Assembly (NCBI GenBank): GCA_044892505.1
Contig: CM097882.1
Span: 454,522,001 to 454,586,000, forward strand
DNA: 64,000 nucleotides
Reading direction: 5' to 3'
DNA from: Schmidtea nova
Taxonomy: Eukaryota
Shown: positions 48,667 through 61,960 of the stretch, piece by piece
Layout of the letters: each line of letters opens with the position of its first letter
How positions within the stretch are numbered: the stretch's first letter is position 1
The notes under the pieces: generated by a model
The model's input: the letters and a program-made list of their open reading frames with translations, nothing else
The model's database searches: none
Told to the model about the DNA's origin: nothing
Position numbers and translations under genes: made by a program

Positions 48667-50756
48667 TAAACATGGATCTTGTTTTAATTGTTATTTTCAT
48701 TGTATTAATTTATTAGGAATGTTAAATACGTTATTATTGATAACGTATTAATTTTTTAATAAAAAATCATCACATTGTAACAAGAAATCTTTCATATCGT
48801 CTAAACATCTCTAAAGGTATGTTGCATAACTTGTAGAATGAAACGGATATAAGGAAACTATTCCCACGATTTGTGCTACAATGTCTTATAAGTGACATGT
48901 AACAAGGACAATTTGAGTGTTTGCAGAAAATTTTGGAAATCTTTGAAAAACTTGGTGAAACCTTTTTGAAAAGCATAAAGAAATAATGAACTCTGACTGT
49001 TGCATGACAATGACCCAATCCACACATATCACTTGGCAACAGCAACAACTGACTCATATGAATTGCCACTGGTGCCTTACTAACCATACTGTCCCGACCT
49101 CGCCCTTAGTAATTTTCCTCACTTTCGACAATTTAAAAAATGATTTGCAATGAAAATTCTTTAATTGTGACAATTGTTTTCAGCAGAATGTCACATATTT
49201 GCTGACTTCATACTCCAAAATCTTCTATGAAAAGGGCATTGCTGACTTGATGTCACAATGGTGAAAACGCTTGTAAGTTGACGGACTAAAAATTGAGAAA
49301 TAAACTTTTACATATTACTTGTTTGTTGCTAAAAGTTTGAATAAAATCGTTAGCTTATTTCTGCTGAGATCTAAATCCTTATTGGCGAGCCATGTATTAT
49401 ACAATATTTCATCCCTAATGAGAAAGTCTTGTTTCCTTAAATCACACTCCGCTGCCAGAACTGGAGGTCAGTGGTTCTGTTGATTGTTTGTTCAAGAGGA
49501 TATTACTGTTGAGTCGTTTTGATGGTTTTGTTCTATTTATTCTTCGTCAGTTTCGATATTTAATTGAGGTATCTGAACTAAGTTTTCATCATTGAGATTT
49601 TGAGAATTAAAATTTTCTTTTAATTTATTTAAATGGGTGAGTCGTCCAAATCCTCTTTATTTTAAATAAGCTGTCCTGGTAGAATTAATGAGACCTTAAA
49701 TAGTTCAGAATTTCTTTGCTTATCTCTTCAAATGATATACAATATACAGGTTTTGGAGAAAGTATTACCTGTTGCTGTATTTTAACAAGTTGAGATTGTA
49801 ATCTCTTTTTGTGGTGCTATCTTACCATTTTGGCACTAGCTTGGACTTTTAAAGAAAGTAAGCATGTGACCACTGATCCGGCATCCGACAGATTCACTAT
49901 TGATAGTCGTGATGCCAAGCTGTATTTCACTATATAAAAATTCATAATTCAAAAAAGCTTGATAATTAAAACAAAACATTAAAATATTATACAACAGTTT
50001 TTAATTATACTAAATTTGTTCAAATTTTTTAAAATTAAGAGGATGGTTTAAATCATCGCAACAAATTTAATTAGTCGAAATGTTATGAAAAATTTTACTA
50101 AACGATATAATTGTTATGATCCAACATATTTAAATGATAAATTTCAAAAAAAATATTTTATCCTAATTTTTAATTATTCAAACAAAATTTCTTTTGTTAA
50201 AAATAAATTGTTTGACTAATAATTTTTAATCACAAAAATAATATTAGCATTTCGAGAATTCATCAAATTATATTAATTTATTTATTTTTTCTGCAATTAT
50301 TAAAATTGCTTTTAAATAATTTTAAATACCCCAGATACCCAAATTACAACAATTACACTAAAATCCCAAATGTGCAAATGGAAAGTATAAGCAAATGTTG
50401 GCACGGATTCATCCTAAATATGCCCTAATGAAATGAAAAGACATTTATGGGAATTTAACTAAAGCAAACATCAATAAGGAGAAACTGCCATTTAGAACAT
50501 TGCAATAAGCATATAGTAATGCGTTGAGATTGCGCCACCTGATGCCAGTGACTGCTCAGCTATAGCAAGCAAAATTATTATCCCATTCAATTTCCCTGAA
50601 ATTCAGTTGAGAAATATTGTATTTTCACTTAAATTTTAAGTTACAACACAAAATAAGTTAGCTAGATAATTTTCAGTTTTTTTAGAAATGTTGAATGAGC
50701 ATTATGTAAATTTACTATTAATTTATAGTGCAGTGCGCTCAAAACCTAATGAGATC

Positions 50757-51370
50757 TGTTGGGTTATTTGGTTTGAACAATAGATCAATTCGGACTCAGA
50801 CTCCTCGCGTCCTTTTATTTATCGAAAATCAATAATATAAACACAATATTTTTATTTGATTGTCACAACAAATTACAATTCGTTTTTAATTACAATTTAT
50901 AGAATTGATACAATTTACAATCTTTCAATAATTTGCTCTTTCTTTAGTTATTTAATTTGATTTAATGTTAAGGCAGATGATCCAAGGGGTAATTGCCTTT
51001 TCTGGTACACTTAATTGTAAAAGGTTTTACTATACTCGTTTCTTACTCAATTCTATATTTTGACTTGACTCTTTTTGACCAACTGAAGCTCGTCTCTTTT
51101 CCGCTCTCTTTTAATAGTTCCTTGCGAGGATAATTGAGATAATTATGTAAACATCTTTGGGAATTAATTGGGACAACAAATATTCAACTGTCCCATTCAT
51201 CACAGCGGCCGGGTGGGTTTATCAATAATTATTTGCGTAATTACCCAAATTTTGATCTCTTGGGTCTCTAATGAGCTTGCGGTTTCTTCATCTCTCGGGT
51301 TTCCAATTGACTTGGACTTCCAATTGAGCGATTAATTATTTCAAGATTTTATTTATGAATGTCAAGAATG
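50757..51370 (-). mobile_element. Truncated family Y LTR
   Basis: Begins TGTTGGGTTATTT (LTR 3' end on the minus strand); homologous to 54118-54700; no TSD found. Confidence 0.75.
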
Positions 51371-51379
51371 AAGAAGAAA

Positions 51380-52025
51380 TTGGTCTAGAGTTATAAGTCT
51401 TTTATGGAGGCCAGTGCTCATCATAAGCAACGATTGATCGCTGGTACCATTACTTCAAGATTCGTAAAATCTTTGTTATCGACAATGACAAGGCAGTAAG
51501 ACCTTGTAAAAAAAGTCTGGAAATCATCGAAAAGCTGGAAACAATTGTACAAACGAAAAGAGAATTACCTCAAGAAAATTTGCAATTCTCTGAATGTGAG
51601 TAACACTAACAATTTACCTTCAGCAAATGGCATCAGAAACTTGTTTTATTGTTCTGTGCCAAATTATTTATCAGCGAAAATTTAAAATCCCCGTTTTGAA
51701 ATCTAAAAGGAAAATTTGATCGTTTTTAATCGTTTTGGTTATTATTTCTTGAACAACATAATAACTATGGATAAACCTTCACTATCAATCCATGTCTCAA
51801 AGTCAAAGTGAGAATTCCAAAAATGAAAATTCCCAAGACTGCCAAATTCAAAGAAAATGAGGTCATCTATCCGTTACTGAAAGGTTTCTATCGTCTCTGT
51901 CTTTCTGGGATGTGTATGGCATTATTTTATCTGATTTTGCTAAGATTGACTGTGTCCATTCCGCAAAGCGCGTCTATAATAAACATATCAAGACTGGGCG
52001 ACTCTCCAAATTTAAAATGAGTTGA
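51380..52025 (+). pseudogene. Decayed mariner transposase
   Basis: YGGQCSS*ATIDRWYHYFK (HTH) and SFWDVYGIILSDF (mariner VFWD..GII..DF motif); stops and frameshifts. Confidence 0.6.
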
Positions 52026-53006
52026 ATACGTAAAATAATTCAAAACTTCATTTGTTTCGTTTTTATTTTAAAAATTCTAAACATGTTGAATTAGAAGCAA
52101 ACTCAAATATTCTATTCAAACGAATAGAAAACTACATTTTTTGTTTTAATAACTGAAATTGATGTTTCATTGTTTATATCTTTATTGCAATTAATTTTCA
52201 TTTAATTTTCATTTGCATCATATTAATTGGTAAAATAATATAATTAAAACTTAAATTCATTTTTCAATAAATATTTTAATTAATTTCACTCAAAATTTTA
52301 AATTTTCATTTTCCCATTAATTAAAACAAATCAATTTCAATTTTTCCGTATTTTTGAAAACAAATTAACGCGAATTAAGAAAATTTAAATTAAAAAAAAC
52401 ATTTAAAATATCATCATGTCTGTAACCATTATAAGAATCAATAAAATTCACATTAAAAACTCAGTGCATTTTAATAAAAATGAAATAATGATATGTTGTT
52501 TTAATGAAATGAATATAAATGAAATTGTAAATGAAAACAAATCATAGACGAAGTAATGGAAATATTTTAATAATTAAAGAATTTTTTTTTAATAGAATGG
52601 AAGCAATAAAAATTAATAACTCAAATTATTTTCCTCTAATTTATTTTTTTTTACAAATCCATAGTTGGAAAGTTATTCTCATTTAATTTGTAAGATTAAA
52701 AAAAGTTTTTTTTACTGTTTATTGCAGAATAAAATTATTTTTAAAATCCCCATATAGTATTTTTAGGAGCTATAAGAAATAATCTCCTGATTCTTTATTA
52801 TTACGTAGACTAAAATCTTTTTATTAATTAATTCACTATGACTCCCATTTGTATCAAGTAGCATTTTCTAAAGTGCTTGTTATTTAAAATTTGTAAAAGT
52901 TTCGTTTTGTCTTTTAAGAAAAATACATAGCCTTTTTAAGAAAACCCTCTTAGACTCTACAGATCCTTATTTATATACAAGTCTCAACAATTAAATGCAT
53001 ATTACA

Positions 53007-53905
53007 TGTTGGTTGTTGGTAAAATTGAAAAGTTACTAATCAAATCTCTGACTTTAAATGTGTGTTTTATTGATCAACAAAATAACAATTAACCACAGGA
53101 ATATTTATTGATATCACAGCTGGTTTTCGCCATCGTACTGGTACAATCAATCATTAATATAAACTTTATACAGTACCTATTACGACACTTATGTGAAGAA
53201 TACCACAAGTGTATAATATCTCCGCCTAACGATCACTAGCTACCGATTTAGATTTAACAATGGGCAACCAAGTAATTGCTTTCTTTGCTATGACTTGAAA
53301 CTCGGCTCAACAAAATTTTCTCAATAAATTTTTCAATAGATTTCTCTCACTAAATTTTCCAATAAATTTCTCACGAAAAGTTTCTTAACAAAATATTCCA
53401 AAACTTTCTCCCGTAAAATCCTGCCATTAACTTCTGTCATAAAACTGATGTCTTTCCACTTTATAGTTCACCATTCTCCAGCACTCATGATAATTCGTTT
53501 TTCCAATTCCTGCCACTGGCATTTTCCATTTTCTTTTTTTCAACTTCCGTGTTACCCGTGACAGCTCGACACTCAGGATAATTTGCCTTTTTTATTTCTG
53601 CCTCTGAATTTTCCAAATGTTTTTTTCAGTTCTCATGTTTTCTGTGACAGCTGTGGAGATGCTGATTTAGTTTTCGTGTTTTCCAATTTTCGAATTCCTT
53701 TTTGTTTTCTTGCACTTATTAATTATACGTTATCTTTCTCTGATTTATTGTTTAATGTCTTTTGTTTTGTTACTCCTTCCTCATTTCTCAATTTTTTTCG
53801 TTTTCTTCTCCAAGTTCCAGGATGCTGTTTCAATCACTCTATCGGTTTTTCACCAAGTAATTCCATTTATTTATAATATTATTTACTATTTAGGTATCCT
53901 CAACA
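53007..53905 (-). mobile_element. Solo LTR (family X)
   Basis: Reverse complement of 2000-3047 and 8196-9056; ends ATCCTCAACA; TSD not matched. Confidence 0.75.
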
Positions 53906-53915
53906 AAAATATAAT

Positions 53916-55370
53916 CGTTAGGGTTAGTCTAGAAAAGCACGAAATAAAAGCTAATGCACAAAAACTGAGCGTAAATCAAAAAAACATCAAAATTCCAAAA
54001 AGTAATAAATAAAGTGCAAAATTAATTAAAAATCTGAAAAATTAAATAAAAATATTGTGTGAGAAAAACTGGTATGAGCTGATGCTAAATGATGAAATAT
54101 AATATCAAATATAATATTGTTGGGTTATTTTATTTAAACAATAGATCGGTTCAAATTCTGACTCCTCGTATCCTTTTATCTATATTAAAATCAATAATAC
54201 CAAACACAGAATAATTTATTTAAATGTCACACCAAATTACAATTTCTCTTTAATTCTTTTACAATTTACAATTTTCCAATAATTTCGTTTATTATTTTAA
54301 TTAAAGTTAAATCAGACAACCCAACGAGTAATCACCTTTTCTGTTAGGTTTTTTTTAAATAAGGTTTTATTATAATTGCTTCTTACTTCCCTTAAAGTTC
54401 CTCAACTCAATATTTTACCTTGACCTTTTTTAACAAACTGGCGTCTCGTCTCTTTTCTGCTCTCTTTTAATAGTTATTTACGAGGATAATTGAGATAATT
54501 ATTTAAATATATTTGGGAATTAATTGGTAAGACAACAATTCATCTGTCCCATTCTTCACAGCGCTCGGGTGGGTTTATCATTAATTATTTGCGCAATTAC
54601 CAAAACTTTGATCTCTCAGGTCTCTAATGCGCACGGGGTTTCATTATCTCTCGGGTTTCCAATTGACTCGGGCTTCCCACTGAGGGATTAATTAATTTTA
54701 ATTAATTTGTTTTTTTTCAATTTAACTTTCTCAGGGACCATTACTAAATTAATCTTATTATTTGATTTGTCTTTTGATTTGACGTTCAACCATACCCAGT
54801 TCCCCCGATGAATATTAATTTTTAATTTTTGATAAATTTTAATTAATGATTGCACTTGTAGTTATTTTGATATTTTTTTGATTTTGATATTCTTTATTGT
54901 ATTTGGATTTTGCTTTTATGGTTTTAATGGTAACTCCAACAATATTATAAATGGGGTCTAAAGAAATAAATATTAAGAAAATACAAACTAATTGAAAATT
55001 AATTACATAATTGCAAACTTGTAGAAAGAGGCAATTAAGAAAACACTATAAAAGGAAGAAACAAATTTTTAATCTTCCCAGTTAGTCAAAGATAAACTTT
55101 CAGAGGGATTCAGTAAATTTAAAACAGGTTTGTAAAATTAGAACGTATAAAGAAGATAATATTAGTCAAATCAAATATTATTGCGCACAGGAAAGGTGAT
55201 TTCTCGTCGGAAGACCTATCCATTACGAAAGAAAAATGCAGATTAAGAAAAATGTTATTAAAAAAGTGTATTGATTGTGTTAACTCTAATAAAAGATATT
55301 GTGCTGGGTATTATTGATTTCTGAAATTAATAGCAGAGAACAATACCGACTTGTATTATTAACCCCAGCA
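53916..55370 (+). mobile_element. Solo LTR (family Y) interrupted by another LTR
   Basis: CGTTAGGG (TG apparently mutated to CG)...CCCCAGCA with exact TSD TAAT (53912-53915 / 55371-55374). Confidence 0.7.
54118..54941 (-). mobile_element. Solo LTR (family Y) nested in the preceding LTR
   Basis: TGTTGGG...CTCCAACA with exact TSD ATAT (54114-54117 / 54942-54945). Confidence 0.82.
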
Positions 55371-55625
55371 TAATACTCACCAATATCATATCATTACAAT
55401 GTCGCAAATAATAATAGTTATATAACAAAACTTTCCAAGACATCTTTTCTTGACAATTTTAAACGTTCATTCAAGCAAATTATAAATTTTTACTTTTTTA
55501 ATATTTTTAGAATTTTATGAAATCAATTTTTACAAATTTACCCAGTTTTATATATAAAACTAAATGGAATCGATTTTATATCTATTAACACTTTGATGAC
55601 GACATGCTCTGATAATCATATTTTA

Positions 55626-58600
55626 CCCTTTAAGGACGGGACTTTTTAAAAGAAAGTTTTAAAAAAATAAAAGTGCTTTTTATTCAAAAGTTTATTTTTG
55701 TATGATAAATTTCAAAACAATCAACAACACACAGCCCAACATCACAATCATTACATTCAAATCTTGATCGCTTATTTGCAAGTTTTTTTGATCCTGTTGT
55801 ACAAACTGCATTTTCTTTGGCCGGTAGTGTTTTGATTGTTCTTTTCAATGTAAGAAGGAAAGTGTCTTGAAGATAAATGAAGAGGATTAGATATTCTTGG
55901 TTTACCAACACTTGTTTTACACACTGAACCGTATTTGGTGAAAATTTGTTCAATAACATCAAGTTTATATTTAGTAAATGATAAATTTACTGGATTTCTC
56001 ATTTTGTATATTGTGTATGCATTAAAAATAGCAATATCAATCAAATGAAGTGCCAACTTCTTATACCATTTTATAGTTTTGCGTAAATCATCAGAGAAAC
56101 TCATTTGCATATCCAGTTGATCAACAGATTCCATATATTAATTATAATCAACTATGCATTTAGGTTTTACTATTTCCCTGTTGGTTTATGATAAATTTTA
56201 CCGGTATTTACTGTTTCAGGTGAGTGAACAGAACTCAACATGTAAACATCTCGTTTGTCATGCCATTTCAACGCAAGTAAATGTCGATTATGCTTGTAAA
56301 TAAAATCACCTCTTGATATCTTTTGAGAGATATTTGGATAATGTTTACGATTTTTTTGAACAGGTCCGCAGGCACCAGTATTATTTTTATAGAGAAACTT
56401 GAAAAGTAAAGGGCTGGTGTACCAATTATCTACATAAAAAATACGTCCGCATTCTAAATACTTATTCAATAACGTTTTCATTATTTCTCCAGATATTCCA
56501 ATATCAGATGGTGAAGATATAATTGTATCTGAACCAATGTAAACAATAAAATCAAGTACATATTTGGTTTCACAGTCACATAGAATAAACATCTTTATAC
56601 CAAATCGATTTCATTTTGATGGTATGTACTGTTTGAAAGATAATCTTCTTTATATAATACCAAACTTTCATCTATACATAGATTTTGAAAAGGAATTAAT
56701 GTTAACGCGAATTTTGACTTGATTTTTTCAATTATTGGTTGTATTTTTCTAAGACGCGATTCATTTTGTATGTTATTGTCACTCAAATGAAAATAGCGAA
56801 GTATAGCTAAGAATCTATCTCTTGTAAACATCTTAGGTATCATCGAAGCTTCAAATAATGGGTTTGTTGACCAATAATCTTTGATACACGGCTTTTTCAC
56901 TATTCCCATTAGCAGGATTACACCGATAAACCTGTGGCGGATTAACTGGTTTGGAGGCCCTGGGCGGTATAATTGAAAAGGGCCCTATATTATTAGACTA
57001 ATTTGATTTGATATATTTACCAATATACATAGCGCTTTTCATTTTAAGTATTTGTTTAAATGACTTATTAAGGCAATTTATGGAAGAAAATAATAAGAAT
57101 TATGATTTAAGGTTTCTTTTTATTTACATTACATTTAGATCACAACTGACAGCTAAAGTTACATTAGATTTCAGTATAAATTGAATTTTTATTATAATTA
57201 AATTGAATTTTTCTTTAAACATTCTTTTTCGCATAGCTTATAGAAAAAAACGTGTTCAAATATGTTTTTTTCGAGATTTTTCATTTGCAAATTTATCAAT
57301 AATGTAATCGCAGTTGATATTATTTAATAACTCATACTCAATATACAGAATTGTCATCGAATTTAAACGGTCCTCGTTCATTTTGTTTCTTACATAATTT
57401 TTAATTCTCTTTAGAGATGAAAAAGATCGTTCTGCCGAAGCACTTGATATAGGTAAAGTATGAAATATTCGTAAAATAATTTCCACATTAGGAAATGTTT
57501 GAATCATACCTGACGCTACTTTATATGTATCAGTAGCCGAGTATTCTTTTTTCCCTTCTTTTGTGAAAAGGAGAAATTGTTCAACTTCATCTTCGAATTG
57601 ATATTTATTGATATCCTTCTCGTATGTTTCTTTGAGGTTTTTCACACATTCTTTTTTTTTATTTTCTGGAGAAAGATCGAAAAATATTTTGAAATTTTGC
57701 AAAATATCTTCATATGCTTTTTTTCTGCGGCAAAATTCTGTTAGCAGGTGATCACAAATTGTATAGAATGTATTATATATGAAATCTTCTCTTACAGTAA
57801 ATAGGTGATCGGTATCGCGTTTTTCATCAATTGAAATTTTTCGCTTTTTCATTCTTCTAAAATTTAAATATTTAAAAACCCGTTTAATCACGTTTCTTTT
57901 TTTTTCTTTTTTTAAAGCTAAGTCAAAGCTGATTGTTTTGAATTCCGCCGTGCGTCGGGCGACGTTTTCCTTTAAAATAGACTGTAAGGGGGCCCTTCGA
58001 GTACATGGGCCCGGGCGGCCGCCCAGTCCGCCCACTGTTTAATCCGCCACTGCGATAAACACATACATTTCACTTGAACTTGTATCATACCAAGGAGCAC
58101 TATTTGAATATTCTTGACGAGAACACTGTTGATGATAAGTATTTGTTTGAATAACAATATCATTTATAAATTCTTCATCTAAGAAATGTTCAAAATAATC
58201 AATTGAAAAAAAACAATCTAATTGAATTTCTGAATTTACACCTGGATTAGATGTAAAATTCCATTGCTTAGGTTGAAAATGACCATCGAACCAGTCTGAA
58301 CTTGATAAATTTGATTAATTTTCACTATCTGAATCAGAATAATCCTCGATTTCAGTTTCAGAACCAGAATCTTCATCATAAAAAATTTCAGAAATAGTAG
58401 AGTTAGAATTATCCATTTCAGATATAAAATTCAAAATAAAACTTTTTTATAAAATCTTCTCAATTTATTTTGAATTATTTTTTCAAATTATTTTTTGAAC
58501 AGGATGTGATTTTACAATAGGAAAAAATATCAAAATTTTTTAATTTTTTCAAAGTAGGTCATGCTATATCAAAATGTGCATCTTTCAATTATCTTTCAAA

Positions 58601-58679
58601 CGATTCCTAAATTAAAAAAATGTTAATCCGTTCTCAACATATTTGAGTTACTATATATAGTACGCCCGTCCTGAAAGGG
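55626..58679 (-). mobile_element. piggyBac transposon, transposase disrupted
   Basis: TIR CCCTTTAAGGACGGG / CCCGTCCTGAAAGGG with TTTA/TTAA flanks; CIDESLV, YVDNWYTS and MESVDQLD catalytic motifs; C-terminal FECNDCDVGLCVVDCFEIYH; acidic N-terminus from ATG 58416. Confidence 0.93.
56932..58052 (-). mobile_element. Internally deleted hAT element nested in piggyBac
   Basis: TIR C(T/A)GTGGCGGATTAA; exact 8-bp TSD CGATAAAC (56924-56931 / 58053-58060); ORF 57256-58035 with TLPISSASAERSFSSLKRIKNYVRNKM. Confidence 0.92.
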
Positions 58680-59512
58680 TTAATAATTTATTCAAAATAT
58701 TCAAAAGAGTGTCTAATAATAAACATGCATCCACTGAAATGTTTACTGTTTATTTAATAGTAGTTTTAGTTTTTTACACGATACTGCATGAAGTGTGTAT
58801 GAAGCAAATTAGCGTCACTCATCACAAACAATTAAAAAATGAAAGACTTCAGTCAACATCTCCCATCATCAATGTGTTAATAAAAAATTACAAAATGTTC
58901 CCAATCCCTAACTGATACGTCCACTAGAGCAGACTCAATTTACGTAAGTTAAAATTTTAAAATTATAAAATTTAAAATACAGTTTTTAAAATTATGAATT
59001 TATGTACTTTTATTTTTTTGAATTATTTAAAACGATAAAATAAATAAATATTTTTGGCATGGATTAGTTTTTCTTTAAAATCAAGTGTGATTTATTTTCT
59101 ATTTTAAAATCAAAATGGACTAAAATCAGTTAATAAATTTTCATGAGATTTGATACCAGTCAGCTCGTTTGATAATGAAATCTGTTGATTATTTATAGAG
59201 CAATTTGTTTCTAATATTATTAACAAGCTACTGGCAGCTACGGTAATTTATTTCTTGATTTTTTATTATTAACAAAATTTTGTTGAAAATGTCAGGAATG
59301 TTGAAATAAAAATTATTTAAAAAATCAGTAAAAAAATTAGAGAAAACTAATGGAATATGAAATGAAAAATTATTAGTAAAAAAAATTAAAAGTAAAAACC
59401 AATAGAAAAACTTATTTACCGTAATTTTCGGGCTATAAGGCGATTGACGAGAATTTTTTATTTAAAAAATAAAAATAAATAACTAATCTTATTTTAAAAT
59501 TTTAATTAAATC

Positions 59513-60150
59513 TGTTGAGTATTTATCAATTAGCCGATGTTGTTTGTCTAACCCTTTGGTATTCTTAAAAGATTGATTCAAGAAAAACCGAACAAAGTAA
59601 GATTTATTCGAAAGTATGACATTCTTAACAACAACTATTCGACACAATTATTTGATAATAAATCTCTTAACACAATTTCAACAAATCTTTCTCTGCACTA
59701 ATTTTCCGAGTAAGCGTAGGGATAAGTCTACCAAAGAAGATCTCCATTTCTGATACGCTATAAAGAATAAATTTGACTCTGATTAACACTGACACTAGAC
59801 ACTCTTGTATTGCAAATATTTCAATTGAACTAATGTTTTTTCGATCACTCTGGCAAACTTTCTTTTCTTACTATTCATTTCAATTTGACAGCCCTTATCT
59901 GATTGCGTTATTCGGCGAGTGCCTCTCAAATTTGACACTTCTAATTACAAATGATAAAATTGATTACTTAGCCGTCAATTAGACTTTCAAGTTGTTATTT
60001 TTTCCGGCGATAATTAACTTGTTTCTCTGATCATCTAGTCCTCCCACGCACTCGAGTTTCCCATTGGCACGGGTTTCCCATTAGTCAATTAACTCTTAAT
60101 TAATTTATTAATTTTTCCAATTATTAGAAATTAATTTTATTTTACCGTTT
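59513..60150 (-). mobile_element. Truncated family Y LTR
   Basis: 59513-59600 is the reverse complement of 3700-3787; CTCGAGTTTCCC/GGGTTTCCC repeats at 60050-60080; no TSD found. Confidence 0.7.
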
Positions 60151-61960
60151 TTAGATTTAGGATATTTCCACCAGACAGTAGTGGATGTGGATGCTAGTCA
60201 GTCCGAGAGGCGGACTTTGATAATGATTTATTTCACCTATATGGAATTTTACAGAGATGCAGGAAACCTGGTCAGAAGAGAAAAGAAATGACAATGCGTG
60301 ATGATATCAACAGCCGGAAGGATTCAAAGCTCAACAGAGAAGAGTCCTCAGTCCGTTGAAGGACTTATTTGCTTCAATATTACGCGCCGTGGACGTACAG
60401 ATGCGCAAGTGGCGCCGGGAGTTTAAATCGGTCTGTCTTTACTCGATCGGGACGAGTACAAAGGACGAAATATGGTATTGGGGAGGGATTTATAGGCCGA
60501 TTCCGGTGGAATCCACGTATTCGCCACAATATGTTAAATTACTGATCATCATCAAGGACGAACAACAGCGTCCCCTACAACTAATTTATTGGGGCTACGT
60601 TCCCCTATCCGAGTTCCAAGCCCTTGGGTTCGTGTTGCTTAGCTCTCCTCGGCCACTAAAAAAACATCAGGAAGGGAAATTGTATAGATTCTCCAAATCA
60701 GTATTGAGACGAAATCCCATCCAGCTTGGACTACAAATTCAACAGGTCTTGGCGTGGCATTCCACTTTGTGCTTCGACTAGAAATAATCATGTTTAGTGT
60801 ATCAAATATATCTATCCTTTCTTTGTGTGAAGCTATTCAATTTAATGAATGAAAAAGTGATGAGAACTTTCAGATGATTGATTGTTACTAAGTCAAATTG
60901 GGATTTGTGGATAATCATAATTAAATGAAGAGTTAGCTTCACGTTGAATAAAAAAATCTATATCATTTCAGTATGTCAAAACATCAGGAAACTCATAACA
61001 CAATTACCAAGGCTTAGAATATTCAGAAAGGTCTTGAACTAGAGGTCGAAAACTGGAAAGCTCAGGCAACTAGGCTCGAGAATCAAAATCAGTACCTGCG
61101 TCAAACTCTGTTTACGCCGGTCCAATTGAAAGAACAGATTAGGCGCATGGAAAGTGCCAAACGAGCCGTCAACAAAACACAATTAAAGTCGAGGCCACAC
61201 AAATAAAGTTACGAAAATGCCTTAACTAGGTCACCCGATCTTTTGTTGAGACCAAGTTAAAGGCTTGCATCAATTAAAACCAATCAATTAAAATCGACTT
61301 GCTCCGTGGGAACCAATATGAACGACCTGGTCGAAATTTCACCCAGCACCCAAGACAAGCCAAAAGAGACCCTCACGAAACTAACGGGGCCAAACAAACG
61401 CAAATGTATTGGCGCAAAACGTTGGTGTCAAAAGAAACTGACGGTGCAGCAACTGAAAGCTCAAGTAGATTGATTAGATGAGTTGACATAGTTGGAACTG
61501 ATAGCAGAAACCATTCCATTATGTAATTAGACAGAAATCGAGTTTTATTCTCTTGAAATAAATGTATCGAAATGTCTTAGTTATGTTATCTTGTATAATG
61601 AGTATGAACAATCATAACGACTCAAGGATTAACAAAACCAAGGCTAGATGGGAGTAACCATGAATCGATAAAACGACGAGTGGAACAAACAGTAAAATGT
61701 GGAAATTCGTAAGACCTTCTATTGGCAGCAAGGACCCGGAAGAGTAGTCCGGAAGACTTAGTCCTGGCGACAGTGCTCACCTGCTCCTGGGGTTTTCCGC
61801 TACTGTGCACAGTACCAACGCAGTTAACGGGGAGTAGCTGCGGGTGCACGAGAGTGATCGACAATAAGTTATGTTGCGGTGTGGAACTATACCATCCCCG
61901 AGAATTTGACAGTCATAACTTCAAGGGTTTTCCATACCAACCCAACAAAACATATTAATA
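60150..61960 (+). other. Unidentified GC-elevated, partly decayed coding island
   Basis: 141-codon frame 60356-60781, coiled-coil-like frame about 60973-61205, further stop-interrupted frames to 61958; no recognised motif. Confidence 0.4.

Larger units (their letters stand above)
45649..48765 (+). mobile_element. hAT transposon with its right TIR deleted, nested in mariner
   Basis: Left end TAGTGATTGCAATACCGG with many AATACCGG subterminal repeats; 8-bp TSD ATCATCAC (45641-45648 / 48766-48773). Confidence 0.82.
45230..49394 (+). mobile_element. Decayed mariner element split by a hAT insertion
   Basis: TA flanks with degenerate TIRs; HTH VTIYSWIRDLKRGR before 45648 rejoins IDHH|IVTRNLSYRLNISKG after 48773; then LHDNDPIH, PYCPDLA and FYEKGI..W motifs. 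Confidence 0.78.

Noticed and set aside
60195-60225. GTCCG-AGAGG-CGGAC hairpin resembling hammerhead stem II
   Set aside because: The flanking CUGANGA and GAAA cores are absent.
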